Positions 18,013 to 28,067 of a DNA stretch of 64,000 nucleotides are shown here, one piece after another (positions within the stretch are counted from its first letter, which is position 1; the number at the start of each line of letters is the position of its first letter). The stretch is from NCBI GenBank assembly GCA_963783375.1, contig CAWANH010000029.1, forward strand, positions 736,001-800,000, in the 5' to 3' direction. Below the pieces are notes generated by a model. That model saw nothing but the letters and a program-made list of their open reading frames with translations. It was not told where the DNA came from and ran no database searches. The position numbers were made by a program, and so were the translations under genes. Source of the stretch: Candidatus Eiseniibacteriota bacterium. Lineage in GTDB: Bacteria > Eisenbacteria > RBG-16-71-46 > JABDJR01.

Positions 18013-20100
18013 TTACTCCTTGCTGACCAGGAGCGCCTTCCGGCTGAGCCGGATCTTGCCCTCGGGATCGACCCCGATGACCTTGACCCGGATACGGTCG
18101 CCCTCCTTGCAGACGTCCTCCACCCGCTCCACCCGGTGCAGATCCAGCTCGGAGATGTGGACCAACCCGTCCCGATTGGGGAGGATCTCCACGAAGGCTC
18201 CGAAGTTGGCCACCCGGCGCACCGTGCCCTCGTAGATCGCCCCCACCTCCGGATCGGCGGTGAGCCCCTTGATGATCTCCACCGCCCTCTGGCCCCCCTC
18301 GGAATCGTAGGCCGCGACCTTCACCGTGCCGTCGTCGTCGATGTCGATCTTGGCGCCGGTCTCGTCCTGGATCTTCCGGATGATCTTGCCGCCGGGACCG
18401 ATGATGTCGCGGATCTTCTCGGGGTTGATGGTGATGAGGATGATCCGCGGAGCGTAGACGCTGAGCTCGCTCCGGGGTTCGGACATGGCGGAGTACATGA
18501 TGTCGAGGATGTGGAGCCGGGCCTTCTTGGCCTTGTCCAGAGCTTCCTTCATGATGGCGGAGTTCAGGCCGCGCTTGAGCTTGATGTCCATCTGGATGGC
18601 GGTGATTCCCTTGCGGGTTCCCGCAACCTTGAAGTCCATGTCGCCGAGATGGTCCTCGACCCCCAGGATGTCGGTGATCACCGCGGTCTTCTCGTCGCCT
18701 TCGATGAGTCCCATGGCGATGCCCGCCACGTGGGCCTGGATCGGCACCCCGGCGTCCATCAGGGCCAGGCTCCCGCCGCACACCGTGGCCATGGAGGAGG
18801 AGCCGTTCGACTCCAGGATGTCCGAGACCACCCGGATGGTGTAGGGGAATCCCTCCTCGGAGGGAATCACCGGCTCCAGGGCGCGTTCGGCCAGCTTGCC
18901 GTGACCGATCTCCCGCCGTCCCGGACCGCGGATGGGTCGAACCTCCCCCACCGAGAAGGAGGGAAAGTTGTAGTGGAGGAGGAAGCTCTTCCAGGTCTCA
19001 CCTTCCAGCTGATCGAGCTTCTGCTCGTCGGATCCGGTGCCCAGGGTGGTGACCACCAGGGCCTGGGTCTGGCCGCGGGTGAAGACCGAGGAGCCGTGGG
19101 TCCGGGGAAGGAATCCCACCTCACAGCTGATGGGGCGCACGTCGTCCAATCCGCGCCCGTCCGCCCGCGCTCCCTCGTCGAGAATGCGGCTCCGCATGTG
19201 TTCCTTCTTGATCTTCCCCAGCACCGTCTTGACGTCGCGCGGGTTGTCCGGCCAGGTCTCGGCCAGGGCCTCCAGGGCATCGGCGACCACCGCACCGTAG
19301 GCCTCCTCGCGCTCGCTCTTGTCGGCGATGAGATTGGTCTCCTGAACGCGCTTGGCGTAGTCCGCCGTGACCCGTTCGGCCAGTCCGTCGGGCATGACCG
19401 GCACGACGAGCTCCCGCTTGGCCTTCCCCCCCTTGCCCATGAGCTCGCGCTGCGCCGCGCAGATCTGCTTGATCCCCACATGGGCGAACTCGAGGGCCTC
19501 GAGCATCTCCTCTTCCGAAGCCTGGCGCCCCCCCCCCTCCACCATCACGATGGAGGTCTCGGTGCCCGCCACCACCAGGTTCAACGCGCACTCGTCCTGC
19601 TCGAAGATGGTGGGGTTCAAGACCAGCTTGCCCTCGATGCGGCCCACCCGCACCGCGGCCAGGGGCCCGGGGAAGTTCACGTCGGAGAGGTTCACCGCGG
19701 TCGCCGCGGCGACCAGGCCGGGAACATCCGAATCGTTCTCCGCGTCGTGGGAGAGGACGTTGATGTGAACCTGGATCTCGCAGTTGAACCCCTCGGGAAA
19801 GAGCGGGCGGAGCGAGCGATCGGTGAGGCGGGAGGAAAGGATCTCCTTCTCCGTCGGGCGCCCTTCCCGCTTGAAGAAGCCTCCGGGAATCTTTCCCGCC
19901 GCGTACATCTTCTCCCGGTAGTCCACGGTGAGAGGCAGGAAGTCACGGTCGGGCCGACCCGTCTTCTCGGCGACCACCGCGGCCATCACCACGGTGTCCC
20001 CGTACCGCACGACTACCGCGCCGTTCGCCTGCCGGGCAACGTGGCCGGTCTCCATGGTGAAGGTCCGTCCGCCCAGGTCTATACTTACAGTCTCAAGCAT
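18013..20100 (-). CDS. pnp: Polyribonucleotide nucleotidyltransferase
   Basis: DFLPLTVDYRE, RTHGSSVFTRGQTQ, ESNGSSSMA, DHLGDMDFKVAG, KH and S1 domains. Confidence 0.98.
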   Translation of the reverse strand: MLETVSIDLGGRTFTMETGHVARQANGAVVVRYGDTVVMAAVVAEKTGRPDRDFLPLTVDYREKMYAAGKIPGGFFKREGRPTEKEILSSRLTDRSLRPLFPEGFNCEIQVHINVLSHDAENDSDVPGLVAAATAVNLSDVNFPGPLAAVRVGRIEGKLVLNPTIFEQDECALNLVVAGTETSIVMVEGGGRQASEEEMLEALEFAHVGIKQICAAQRELMGKGGKAKRELVVPVMPDGLAERVTADYAKRVQETNLIADKSEREEAYGAVVADALEALAETWPDNPRDVKTVLGKIKKEHMRSRILDEGARADGRGLDDVRPISCEVGFLPRTHGSSVFTRGQTQALVVTTLGTGSDEQKLDQLEGETWKSFLLHYNFPSFSVGEVRPIRGPGRREIGHGKLAERALEPVIPSEEGFPYTIRVVSDILESNGSSSMATVCGGSLALMDAGVPIQAHVAGIAMGLIEGDEKTAVITDILGVEDHLGDMDFKVAGTRKGITAIQMDIKLKRGLNSAIMKEALDKAKKARLHILDIMYSAMSEPRSELSVYAPRIILITINPEKIRDIIGPGGKIIRKIQDETGAKIDIDDDGTVKVAAYDSEGGQRAVEIIKGLTADPEVGAIYEGTVRRVANFGAFVEILPNRDGLVHISELDLHRVERVEDVCKEGDRIRVKVIGVDPEGKIRLSRKALLVSKE

Positions 20101-20169
20101 CGAATTTCCTCCGCAATACGGGATATGGACCCCACTCGGGGCCCGGTCGTTTTCTCAGGATGAAAGCAA

Positions 20170-20439
20170 TTACTTGCGGAGACCCAGCTCCTTGACGATG
20201 GTGCGGTAGCGCTCGATCTGGTTGGCCTTCAGGTAATCGAGAAGGCGCCGGCGCTGTCCCACCAGCTTGAGCAGGCCTCGGCGAGAGTGATGGTCCTTCT
20301 TGTGAACCTGGAAATGATCGGTCAGGTACCGAATGCGTTCGGTGAGGAGCGCGATCTGGACCTCCGGGGACCCGGAGTCGTGATCGTGCAGGCGGTACTT
20401 GTCGATGATGTCCTTTTTTTGATCCTTGGTCAGAGACAT
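20170..20439 (-). CDS. rpsO: 30S ribosomal protein S15
   Basis: [38 protein letters not shown]. Confidence 0.98.
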   Translation of the reverse strand: MSLTKDQKKDIIDKYRLHDHDSGSPEVQIALLTERIRYLTDHFQVHKKDHHSRRGLLKLVGQRRRLLDYLKANQIERYRTIVKELGLRK

Positions 20440-20571
20440 GGCTTAACCTCCCAACGGTTCGGACCCACGCCACAACCCGGGTTGGGACCCAGCGAAGGGC
20501 GGATGGGACGTAGTCGTCCCGCGCAAATAAGACCAGCGGAAGACAGTAGCATCGGGCACAGCCCGCCTCAA
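20440..20571 (-). promoter_or_regulatory. rpsO promoter and structured 5' leader (candidate S15 autoregulatory RNA)
   Basis: TTGAGG-N17-TACTGT with extended TG (20543-20571); leader hairpin GGGACG-ACTA-CGTCCC; GGGAGG SD. Confidence 0.5.
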
Positions 20572-21491
20572 GGCACTTTATGGGAGGGACCAGCGGGGGT
20601 CAAAAGCGCCCGGGCCCGCTTCGCGTCCCGGTGGATCTGATCGGATAACTCATTGAAATTATTGAATTTACGTTCATCGCGTAGGCGAGCTACGAACTCC
20701 ACTTCCAGGATCTTGCCGACCAGATCCTCCCGGAAATCCAGGATGTGCGCCTCAATCGTCTCACCGCGCCCCCCGAAGGTGGGCCGGTGGCCGATGTTGA
20801 CCACTCCACCGGCGCCCTCGAGGCCCGGGCCGAAGACCCGGACCGCGTAGACCCCCCCGCCCGGGCGCTGTTTTCCCTCGGTCACGGCCAGGTTGGCGGT
20901 GGGAAATCCGAGGCCTCGGCCCCTCCCCTCCCCCCGCACCACGCCCCCGGCCAGTCGGTAGCTCCGCCCCAGAAGCCGGCCCGCCTCCTCCACGCCCCCT
21001 TCGGCCAGGAGGCCCCGGATGCGGGTGGTGGAGATGGGTCTATCCCCCTCGGTCCTGGCCGGCACCCCTTCCACCGCGAAGCCGAGGCTCCGGCCCAGTT
21101 CCGTGAGATGGTCGACGTCCCCCGTTCGGCCCTTCCCCATGGCGAAGTCGTAGCCCACCACCAGGACGGCCAGGCGGTGATGGGGAAAGACGTGCTCGGC
21201 CAGGAAGCGGCGGGGGATCTTGGCGGCGAGCCGCCGGTTGAAGCCGAGGACCCGGACCTCGTCCGCCCCCGCTCCCCGGAGAAGCCCCACGTTCTCGCCG
21301 AGCAGGGCCAGCCGGGGGGGGGCGGGACGCCCGGAAAGGACGGCCAGAGGGGGCTCGTCGAAGGTGAAGACCACCAGCCGGGCCGAGGCGGCGTCGGCGC
21401 GGGCCCGGGCCCGTCCCACCACCGCGGCGTGTCCCCGATGGAAACCGTCGAAAACGCCGATGGTCACGACCGCGGTCCGCGACACGCTCAT
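20568..21491 (-). CDS. ribF: Bifunctional riboflavin kinase / FAD synthetase
   Basis: IGVFDGFHRGH, VGYDF, ISTTRIR, GRGLGFPTAN, NIGHRPTF, EAHILDF; ATGA overlap with truB. Confidence 0.95.
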   Translation of the reverse strand: MSVSRTAVVTIGVFDGFHRGHAAVVGRARARADAASARLVVFTFDEPPLAVLSGRPAPPRLALLGENVGLLRGAGADEVRVLGFNRRLAAKIPRRFLAEHVFPHHRLAVLVVGYDFAMGKGRTGDVDHLTELGRSLGFAVEGVPARTEGDRPISTTRIRGLLAEGGVEEAGRLLGRSYRLAGGVVRGEGRGRGLGFPTANLAVTEGKQRPGGGVYAVRVFGPGLEGAGGVVNIGHRPTFGGRGETIEAHILDFREDLVGKILEVEFVARLRDERKFNNFNELSDQIHRDAKRARALLTPAGPSHKVP

Positions 21492-22381
21492 CCCTCCGCA
21501 AACACCCGGAGGAGCCGGGGGGAGGCGCCCCCTTCCGCCAGGGCCAGCAGGTTGCCCGCCGCGTCGAGGAGCCGGTAACGCCCCGCCTCCGCGGCGAGCC
21601 GGCGCGGATCGGGGAAGGCGCCGTGGACCACCCTCCGGGCCTCCTCCTCCGGAAGCGTGATCTCCGGCCAGTCGGAGAGGACATCGGCGGGAGCCACCGC
21701 GCGCTCCAGCAGCTCCTCCCGGGAGAGGTCTTCCAGCCGGTCCGGATCGAGGGCGTCGGCGAGACGGAACGGGCCGATGGCGGTTCGCGCCAGGGCGTCC
21801 AGGGAGGCTCCGGAGCCCAGGGCCCGCCCGAGATCGTGAGCCAGGGTGCGAATGTAGGTTCCGGTGGAGCAGGTCACCTCCAGCACGGCCACCGGAGTGC
21901 GCCACTCCAGGAGCTCCAGCCGGCTCACCCGGCGCTCCCGCGGCGGGCGGACCACCTCCTCCCCCCGGCGGGCGAACTCGTACAGCCGTTCTCCGTCCCG
22001 CTTCACCGCGGAGTACATGGGGGGAACCTGGTGAATGCGCCCGCGAAAGGGGCCGAGCCCCCCTTCCAGGGTTTCCCGATCGATCCCCGAGACCGGATTC
22101 TCCTCGAGAACCGTTCCGGTGCGATCCTGGGTATCGGTCACCCGGCCGAAGCGGACCTCGGCCCGGTAGCTCTTCTCGTACTCGTGGAGGTACGGAACCA
22201 GCCCGGTGGCCCGCCCCCAAACCACCAGCAGAAGTCCCGAAGCGAATGGATCGAGGGTGCCGGCATGGCCCACCCGGCGGGTCCGAAGGGATCGAACCAC
22301 CCGATCCACCACCCACCGCGAAGTGGGCCCGGAGGGTTTGGCCAGAAGCAGGAGACCGGGGGGGACGGACGCCGGATTCAC
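21488..22381 (-). CDS. truB: tRNA pseudouridine-55 synthase
   Basis: VGHAGTLDPFASG, QVPPMYSAVK, CSTGTYIRTLAHDLG. Confidence 0.97.
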   Translation of the reverse strand: MNPASVPPGLLLLAKPSGPTSRWVVDRVVRSLRTRRVGHAGTLDPFASGLLLVVWGRATGLVPYLHEYEKSYRAEVRFGRVTDTQDRTGTVLEENPVSGIDRETLEGGLGPFRGRIHQVPPMYSAVKRDGERLYEFARRGEEVVRPPRERRVSRLELLEWRTPVAVLEVTCSTGTYIRTLAHDLGRALGSGASLDALARTAIGPFRLADALDPDRLEDLSREELLERAVAPADVLSDWPEITLPEEEARRVVHGAFPDPRRLAAEAGRYRLLDAAGNLLALAEGGASPRLLRVFAEG

Positions 22382-22758
22382 TCCTCCTCCGTGGGCTCCT
22401 CATCTCCCAGTTCCCCTCGCTCGTGGAGCTCCCCCAGGATCTCGGATATCCGGATGGCATGCTCCGCGGAACGATCGGGCCGGAAGTGGAGTTCCGGCGT
22501 GTGCCGGAGACGGATCCGGCGGCTGAGCTCGGTCCGGATGAAGCCGCGGGCGTGCTCGAGGGTGGCGATTCCCTGGTCCAGATCGTCTTCGGTGAGCGCG
22601 GAGATGAAGATCCGGGCCGAACGGAGATCGTCGGTCAGCTCCACCCCGGTGACGGTGATGAACCCGCGACGGGGATCCTTCAACCGGCGCTGGATGATCT
22701 CCGACAGCTCCACCTGGATCCGGTCGGCGACCCGATGCACTCTGGGATTGCTTGGCAT
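22378..22758 (-). CDS. rbfA: Ribosome-binding factor A
   Basis: RVADRIQ, LKDPR, DLRSA, LRHTPELHF. Confidence 0.96.
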   Translation of the reverse strand: MPSNPRVHRVADRIQVELSEIIQRRLKDPRRGFITVTGVELTDDLRSARIFISALTEDDLDQGIATLEHARGFIRTELSRRIRLRHTPELHFRPDRSAEHAIRISEILGELHERGELGDEEPTEEE

Positions 22759-22792
22759 GAGCGTGCTTCCAGGATGAAAGAACCGAACCTCT

Positions 22793-23080
22793 TCAGATCG
22801 CGGGGCGCACGTCGCGCTCCACCCGGAGCAGGGTGGCCCGGGGGTCCCGAAGGACCGCCGACTCGATCTTTCCCACCAGATCCTCCAGGTAACCCCCGTC
22901 CGTCGAAACCGCCGCGGCCAGGAGCACGCCCCGCTGCCAGAGATCCTGTCCGTCCACTTCCGCCACCGAGAGGTTCATCTGACTCAACCGGGCTTTGAGC
23001 CCGTTCAGGACCGATCGCTTGGCTTTCAGGGAATGGGAGGCGGGCAGGAAGAGCTCGATCCGGTACACCCCCACGAACAT
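22793..23080 (-). CDS. DUF503 (YlxP-like) protein
   Basis: SHSLKAKRSVL, NLSVAEVDGQDLWQR; usual position between infB and rbfA. Confidence 0.9.
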   Translation of the reverse strand: MFVGVYRIELFLPASHSLKAKRSVLNGLKARLSQMNLSVAEVDGQDLWQRGVLLAAAVSTDGGYLEDLVGKIESAVLRDPRATLLRVERDVRPAI

Positions 23081-23175
23081 GAGACCGCCCCCCTCCGACC
23101 AGTCTTCGATCCGGCGCGTCGGTCGGAGCCGCCGGCGGGGCCCGGGGCGGACCGGCCGGCCTCCCGTTAGGGCGC

Positions 23176-25506
23176 TCAGATCCGGCGCGCCACCTCCTCG
23201 ATGGTGTAGGCCTCGATGATGTCCTTTTCGTGGACGTCGTCGTGGCCCTCGAGGCTGATGCCGCACTCGTAGCCCTGGGTGACCTCGCGCACGTCCTCCT
23301 TGAACCGCTTCAGGTTGGCGATGCGGCCGTCGTACACCGTTTCGTCGTCCCGCAGGAGCCGAACCCGATGGGATCGGGAAACGGTCCCGTTCAGGATGTA
23401 GCAGCCCGCCACCGTCCCCGCCTTGGTGACCCGGAAGGTCTGGCGCACCTCGGCCCGGCCGTGCACCTTCTCGACCTCTTCGGGCTTCAGGAGGCCGGAG
23501 AGGGCGCTCTTCACGTCCTCCACCGCCTCGTAGATGATGTTGTAGGCCCGCACGTCCACCTCGGCGCGCTGGGCCGCCAGCTGGGCCTTCGGATCGAACC
23601 GCACGTTGAATCCGATGATCACCGCGTTGGAGGCGTCGGCCAGGAGCACGTCGGACTCCGTGATCTGGCCCACTCCGGAGTGGAGCACCGTGCACCGGAC
23701 CTCGTCGGTTCCGAGGGTTCCCAACTGCTCGGCCAGAACCTCCACCGAGCCGGCCACGTCGGCCTTGATGATGAGCCGGAGTTCCCTGACCTCGCCCTTT
23801 TCCATGAGCTCGTGGAAGCCCTGGAGAGAAACCCTACGATCTCGCATCTGCTGCTCGGCCTCGCGGGCCAGAAGCTTCCGCTGCTGTCCCACTTCCTTGG
23901 CCTGGGCCTCGTTCTCGGTGGCGGCGAACACGTCGCCGGCCATCGGAGGGCCGGACCAGCCCATGACCTCCACCGGGACCGAGGGCCCCGCGGACTTCAC
24001 GCGCTTCCCGCGCTCGTTGGCCATGGCCCGCACCTTCCCGTACTCCTTCCCGCATACGAAGGGATCGCCGCTCTTGAGGGTCCCGTTCTGGACCAGCACC
24101 GTGGCCACGGTCCCACGCCCCTGCTCCACCCTGGACTCGATCACCACCCCTCTCGCGCGGCGGTTGGGATTGGCCTTGAGCTCCAGGACGTCGGCCTGGA
24201 GGAGCAGCAACTCCAGCAGGTTCTCCACGCCGATGCCCTTCTTGGCCGAGATCTCGGCGCAGGGGACCTGCCCCCCGAACTCCTCGATGAGCACCCCGCG
24301 GCTGGCGAGATCCTGTTTGACCATGGCGGGATTGGCCTCGGGCTTGTCGATCTTGTTGATCGCCACCACGACCGGAACCCCGGCCGCGCTGGCATGGTCG
24401 ATGGCCTCCACGGTCTGGGGCATTACCCGGTCATCCGCCGCCACCACCAGGATAACGATGTCGGTGGCCTGGGCCCCGCGCGCCCGCATGGCGGTGAAGG
24501 CCTGGTGACCCGGGGTGTCCAGGAAGGTCACGCTCCGGTTTCCGGGCAGCTCCACCTCGTAGGCGCCGATGTGCTGGGTGATCCCGCCCTTCTCCCCCGC
24601 CACCACGTTGGCCTTGCGTACGTAGTCCAGGAGCGAGGTCTTGCCGTGGTCCACGTGACCCATCACGGTGACCACCGGCGGCCGCGGCACGAGATCCTCG
24701 GGACGATCCTCCTCCACCGCTTCCTCGATCTTCTGCTCGCCGAACTCGGTCTCGAACTCGATCGTGTAGCCGAACTCGAGGGCCACCATTTCGATGGTGT
24801 CCTTGTCCAGGCGCTGGTTCTGGGTGGCCATGACCCCGAGGCCCATGAGCTTGCTGATGATCTCGGCGGGTTTCAGGTGCAGCTTTTCCGCAAGCTCGGC
24901 CACGCTGGCCAGCTCCGGGATCCGCACCAGATCCTGTTGCTCCTGGGTGGCCACGCTCCCGGTCGCGGCGGGGGCGGGACGAGCGGCGGGAGTGGAGGGA
25001 GCCGGCGTCGACGGGGGCGGGGTGACCGTCTTCTTCTTGAAACGCTTGACCTTCCCCCCGGACTCGAGGTCGGCCAGGGTCTTCTTGACGCTGTCCTGCA
25101 CCGTCTTGTGATCCACCGGTTTCCGGCGGACCCGTTCCACCTTGGGCTTGGGCTTTTCCACGGCTTCGGGAGCCGCGGGCGCTTCCGCGGCCGGGGGCTC
25201 GACCGGGGCCTCCGGCGCGGCGGCCTTGGGGGGAGCGGCCGGAGGCGTCGGGGGCGCGGCAGGCCGCTTGGGCTCGGTCGCCCCTCGCTCCAGCGCGGCC
25301 TTGGCCTCCTGCTTCCGGGCGTCCTCTTCCTGGACCGCCTTCTTCTCGTCCTGGAATCTCTGCCGAACCAGGTCCACCACCGACGGATCCAACGTGCTCA
25401 TGTGGCTCTTGGCGGGCGCACCTAGCCCATCGAGGATTCCCAACAGGGCCTCGCTGGACACGTTGAAGTCCTTGGCTACCTGGTAGACACGCAACTTATC
25501 GGTCAA
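23176..25506 (-). CDS. infB: Translation initiation factor IF-2
   Basis: MGHVDHGKTSLLD, GGITQHIGAY, DTPGH, NKID, LKRFKEDVREV. Confidence 0.98.
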   Translation of the reverse strand: MTDKLRVYQVAKDFNVSSEALLGILDGLGAPAKSHMSTLDPSVVDLVRQRFQDEKKAVQEEDARKQEAKAALERGATEPKRPAAPPTPPAAPPKAAAPEAPVEPPAAEAPAAPEAVEKPKPKVERVRRKPVDHKTVQDSVKKTLADLESGGKVKRFKKKTVTPPPSTPAPSTPAARPAPAATGSVATQEQQDLVRIPELASVAELAEKLHLKPAEIISKLMGLGVMATQNQRLDKDTIEMVALEFGYTIEFETEFGEQKIEEAVEEDRPEDLVPRPPVVTVMGHVDHGKTSLLDYVRKANVVAGEKGGITQHIGAYEVELPGNRSVTFLDTPGHQAFTAMRARGAQATDIVILVVAADDRVMPQTVEAIDHASAAGVPVVVAINKIDKPEANPAMVKQDLASRGVLIEEFGGQVPCAEISAKKGIGVENLLELLLLQADVLELKANPNRRARGVVIESRVEQGRGTVATVLVQNGTLKSGDPFVCGKEYGKVRAMANERGKRVKSAGPSVPVEVMGWSGPPMAGDVFAATENEAQAKEVGQQRKLLAREAEQQMRDRRVSLQGFHELMEKGEVRELRLIIKADVAGSVEVLAEQLGTLGTDEVRCTVLHSGVGQITESDVLLADASNAVIIGFNVRFDPKAQLAAQRAEVDVRAYNIIYEAVEDVKSALSGLLKPEEVEKVHGRAEVRQTFRVTKAGTVAGCYILNGTVSRSHRVRLLRDDETVYDGRIANLKRFKEDVREVTQGYECGISLEGHDDVHEKDIIEAYTIEEVARRI

Positions 25507-25592
25507 GACTACCCCTTTTCTCTCTTATCTCGGGCCGCCGGGAAACGCGGTCACGGTCCGCCGCGTTCGTTCATCCCGACCATCATTTCAAA

Positions 25593-27268
25593 CTAACTCC
25601 CGGTCGGACCTTCTTCAACCGCCACGCTGGCGCTTCCGTCGGGATGGGGGCGCTCGTCATCCTCGTCCTCGCCCTCGCCGTCCGGTTCCGCCACGCCCTC
25701 CGAGTCCCCTTCTTCCCCCGCTCCGACCACGATCCCGGATTCCTCGTTCCCGTTCTCATCGGAGGTCACGGTGTCCACCTCATCCGCGCCGCTCTCCGTC
25801 GCCACAGGATCGGCGGCGCCGGCATCCAGGCTCTCTTCGTCCTCTCCGACCACCGCCTCCGCCTCACCCTCTTCATCCGCCTCGCTGGTTTCCGTTTCAC
25901 TCGCCTTCGGTTGGGGCACCAGATCGGGGCCCTCCTCCTCCGGACGGGAACCGAACACGGGAGCCTCCTGGTCCTCGTCGTCCTCCGTCACCCCCGCCGC
26001 CGCCGCCTTGACCGCGGCCGCCGAGCGGGCGTTGGCCAGGGCGGCCAGGGCCACGCCGTAGAGACGTTCCGCGCTGTTCTCCCCCAACCCCTCCACTTCC
26101 ATGAGTCCGTCCAGGCCGCGGGTCTCGATGTCGAGGGCGGTGGTGATCCCCGCCGTTCGCAGCGTTTCCAGCACCCCCTCGTAGATGCCCTCCAGATCCT
26201 CGATAGCTACGTTGGCCTCGGCGGCGGCGGCCTTGGCCTGGAATTCGCTCTCGGAGTGGAGTTCGATCTTCCACCCGGTGAGCTTGGCCGCCAGCCTCAC
26301 GTTCTGACCCTGCTTGCCGATGGCCAGGGAGAGCTGATCGTCGGCGACCACCACCGTTACCTTGCGATCCTCCTCGTCCACCCGGGCGTCCATGGCCTTG
26401 GCCGGACCCAGGCTTCGGGAGACGAATGCCACCGCGTCGGAGGACCACGGCACGATGTCGATCCGCTCCCCCCCAATTCCTTCACGATCGACTGGACCCG
26501 CGAGCCCTTGATGCCCACACAGGCTCCCACCGCATCGATTCGACTGTCGTTGCTCAGCACCGCGATCTTGGAGCGGAACCCCGCTTCCCGGGCCACCGCC
26601 CGCACCTCGACCACCTTGTCCGCGATCTCCGGCACTTCGGCCGCGAACAGCTTCACCAGAAAATCGGGATGGGTGCGGCTCAGGATCACCTGGGGGCCGC
26701 GGGCCTCCTTGTCCACCTTGATCACCAGCGCCCGCACCATCTCGCGCTGGCGGAAGCGGTCCCGGTGCATGACCTCGCGGGCGGGAATGATGGCCTCGGC
26801 GGTGTCGAGCTTGAGCACGATGTTGCCCCGATCCACCTGCTGGACCACCCCGCGCACCACATCCCCCACTTTGTCCGCGAAATCCGAGTACACCCGCTCG
26901 CGTTCCGCTTCGCGGACCCCCTGAATGAGCATCTGCTTGGCGGCCTGGATGGCGTTCCGGCCGAACTCCGAGATATCGAGGGGAATCGTTATCTCGTCTC
27001 CGACCGAGGCGTCCGCCTTCAGCGCCCGGGCCTGGACGGAGGTCATCTCCAACCCCCGGTCCGAGACCTTCCCCACCACGGTCTTGGTCATCCACATCTC
27101 GATGCCGCCCCGCCCTTGATCGAAGTTGACCGTGATCTGGGCGTTGATCCCGTACTTCTTCTTCGCCGCGGACAGGAGGCTTGCCTCCAGGCGATCCACC
27201 AGGATCCGGAGATCGACCCCCTTCTCCCGGGCGATCTGGCTCAACGCTTCAATGATGTCGTAGTTCAT
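25593..27268 (-). CDS. nusA: Transcription factor NusA, with an apparent frameshift at G7 26468-26474 and a long acidic tail
   Basis: FGRNAIQAAKQ, AREAGFRSKIAV, GACVGIKGSRV in one frame continues as GGERIDIV...LSLAIGKQGQNVRLAAKLTGWKI in another; one added G joins them. Confidence 0.93.
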
Positions 27269-27316
27269 GCGCTTCCTCTTCGGGCGTCCGGTCGTCCGTC
27301 CAACCGCTCCCGCGCG

Positions 27317-27814
27317 CTATTCGGGCTTCGTCCGCTTTTCGGGACCCCGTTCCCACGGATCCCGCTTCAGGTGCGCCTTCTTGATGGCGCCGAGCGGAAC
27401 GGCCACTACATCCCCCGCCTCGGTCCGCAGGAGGACCTCCTGCCGGTCCTCGTCGTACCCCGCCAGCACCCCGAGATGGTTGTGCCGGCCATCGATCTTC
27501 TCGTAAGTGGAAACCTGCGCGGTCTCCCCTTCGAACCGCCGGTAGTCGGCTGGCCGCTTGAGCGGCCGGTCCACTCCGGGACTCGACACCTCCAGGACAT
27601 AGTGGCCGGTCAGGATCCCCTTCGCGTCGAAGTGATCCCCGACCGCCCGGCTCACCCGGGCGCAGTCCTCCAGGGAGACCCCCTCCCCGGCGTCCACGAA
27701 AATTCGCACCACCAGGCCGCGAGACGATCCCGTGCACTGCACGTCCACCACCTCGTACTCGCTCGCCGCCAGCAGCGATTCCACTTCCTCCTGGATCTTC
27801 GCGGTTCTGTCCAC
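27317..27814 (-). CDS. rimP: Ribosome maturation factor RimP
   Basis: GVSLEDCARVSR, YVLEVSSPGVDRPL. Confidence 0.96.
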   Translation of the reverse strand: MDRTAKIQEEVESLLAASEYEVVDVQCTGSSRGLVVRIFVDAGEGVSLEDCARVSRAVGDHFDAKGILTGHYVLEVSSPGVDRPLKRPADYRRFEGETAQVSTYEKIDGRHNHLGVLAGYDEDRQEVLLRTEAGDVVAVPLGAIKKAHLKRDPWERGPEKRTKPE

Positions 27815-27909
27815 CGACGAACCTCTACGGCAGCACGAGCAGCCAGCTTTTCAACTGGCTGCCCCACCGCGACTTACGTTCTCGAGGCATCGACCTGCGC
27901 TACGAAGCC

Positions 27910-27945
27910 CAAAACGAAACCGAGTGGACATAGTTTGCCCACTCG
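27910..27945 (-). promoter_or_regulatory. rimP leader hairpin (attenuator-like)
   Basis: Minus strand CGAGTGGGCA-AACTA-TGTCCACTCG followed by GTTTCGTTTT; candidate promoter TTGCGA-N18-TAAGGT at 27955-27984. Confidence 0.6.
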
Positions 27946-28067
27946 TAGCTCACGACCTTACACCCGACGCCCCGGACTTCGCAAGGGGGGTTGATTTTGA
28001 CCGGGGAGGATTCACCCATGGGTTCAACCCATGGACCGCAACCCATTGAAAATCAATTAGTTAAGAT

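Noticed and set aside
17857-20163. 768-aa plus-strand ORF
   Set aside because: Antisense shadow of pnp caused by high GC3; no recognisable motifs.
20568-22460. Apparent 630-aa RibF fusion, and similar N-terminal extensions of FabD, FabG, ComB, DUF503 and the NTase in the ORF track
   Set aside because: The extensions overlap upstream genes out of frame; most true starts are coupled NTGA overlaps, and DUF503 starts at ATG 23080.
23230-25425. 731-aa plus-strand ORF
   Set aside because: Antisense shadow of infB.
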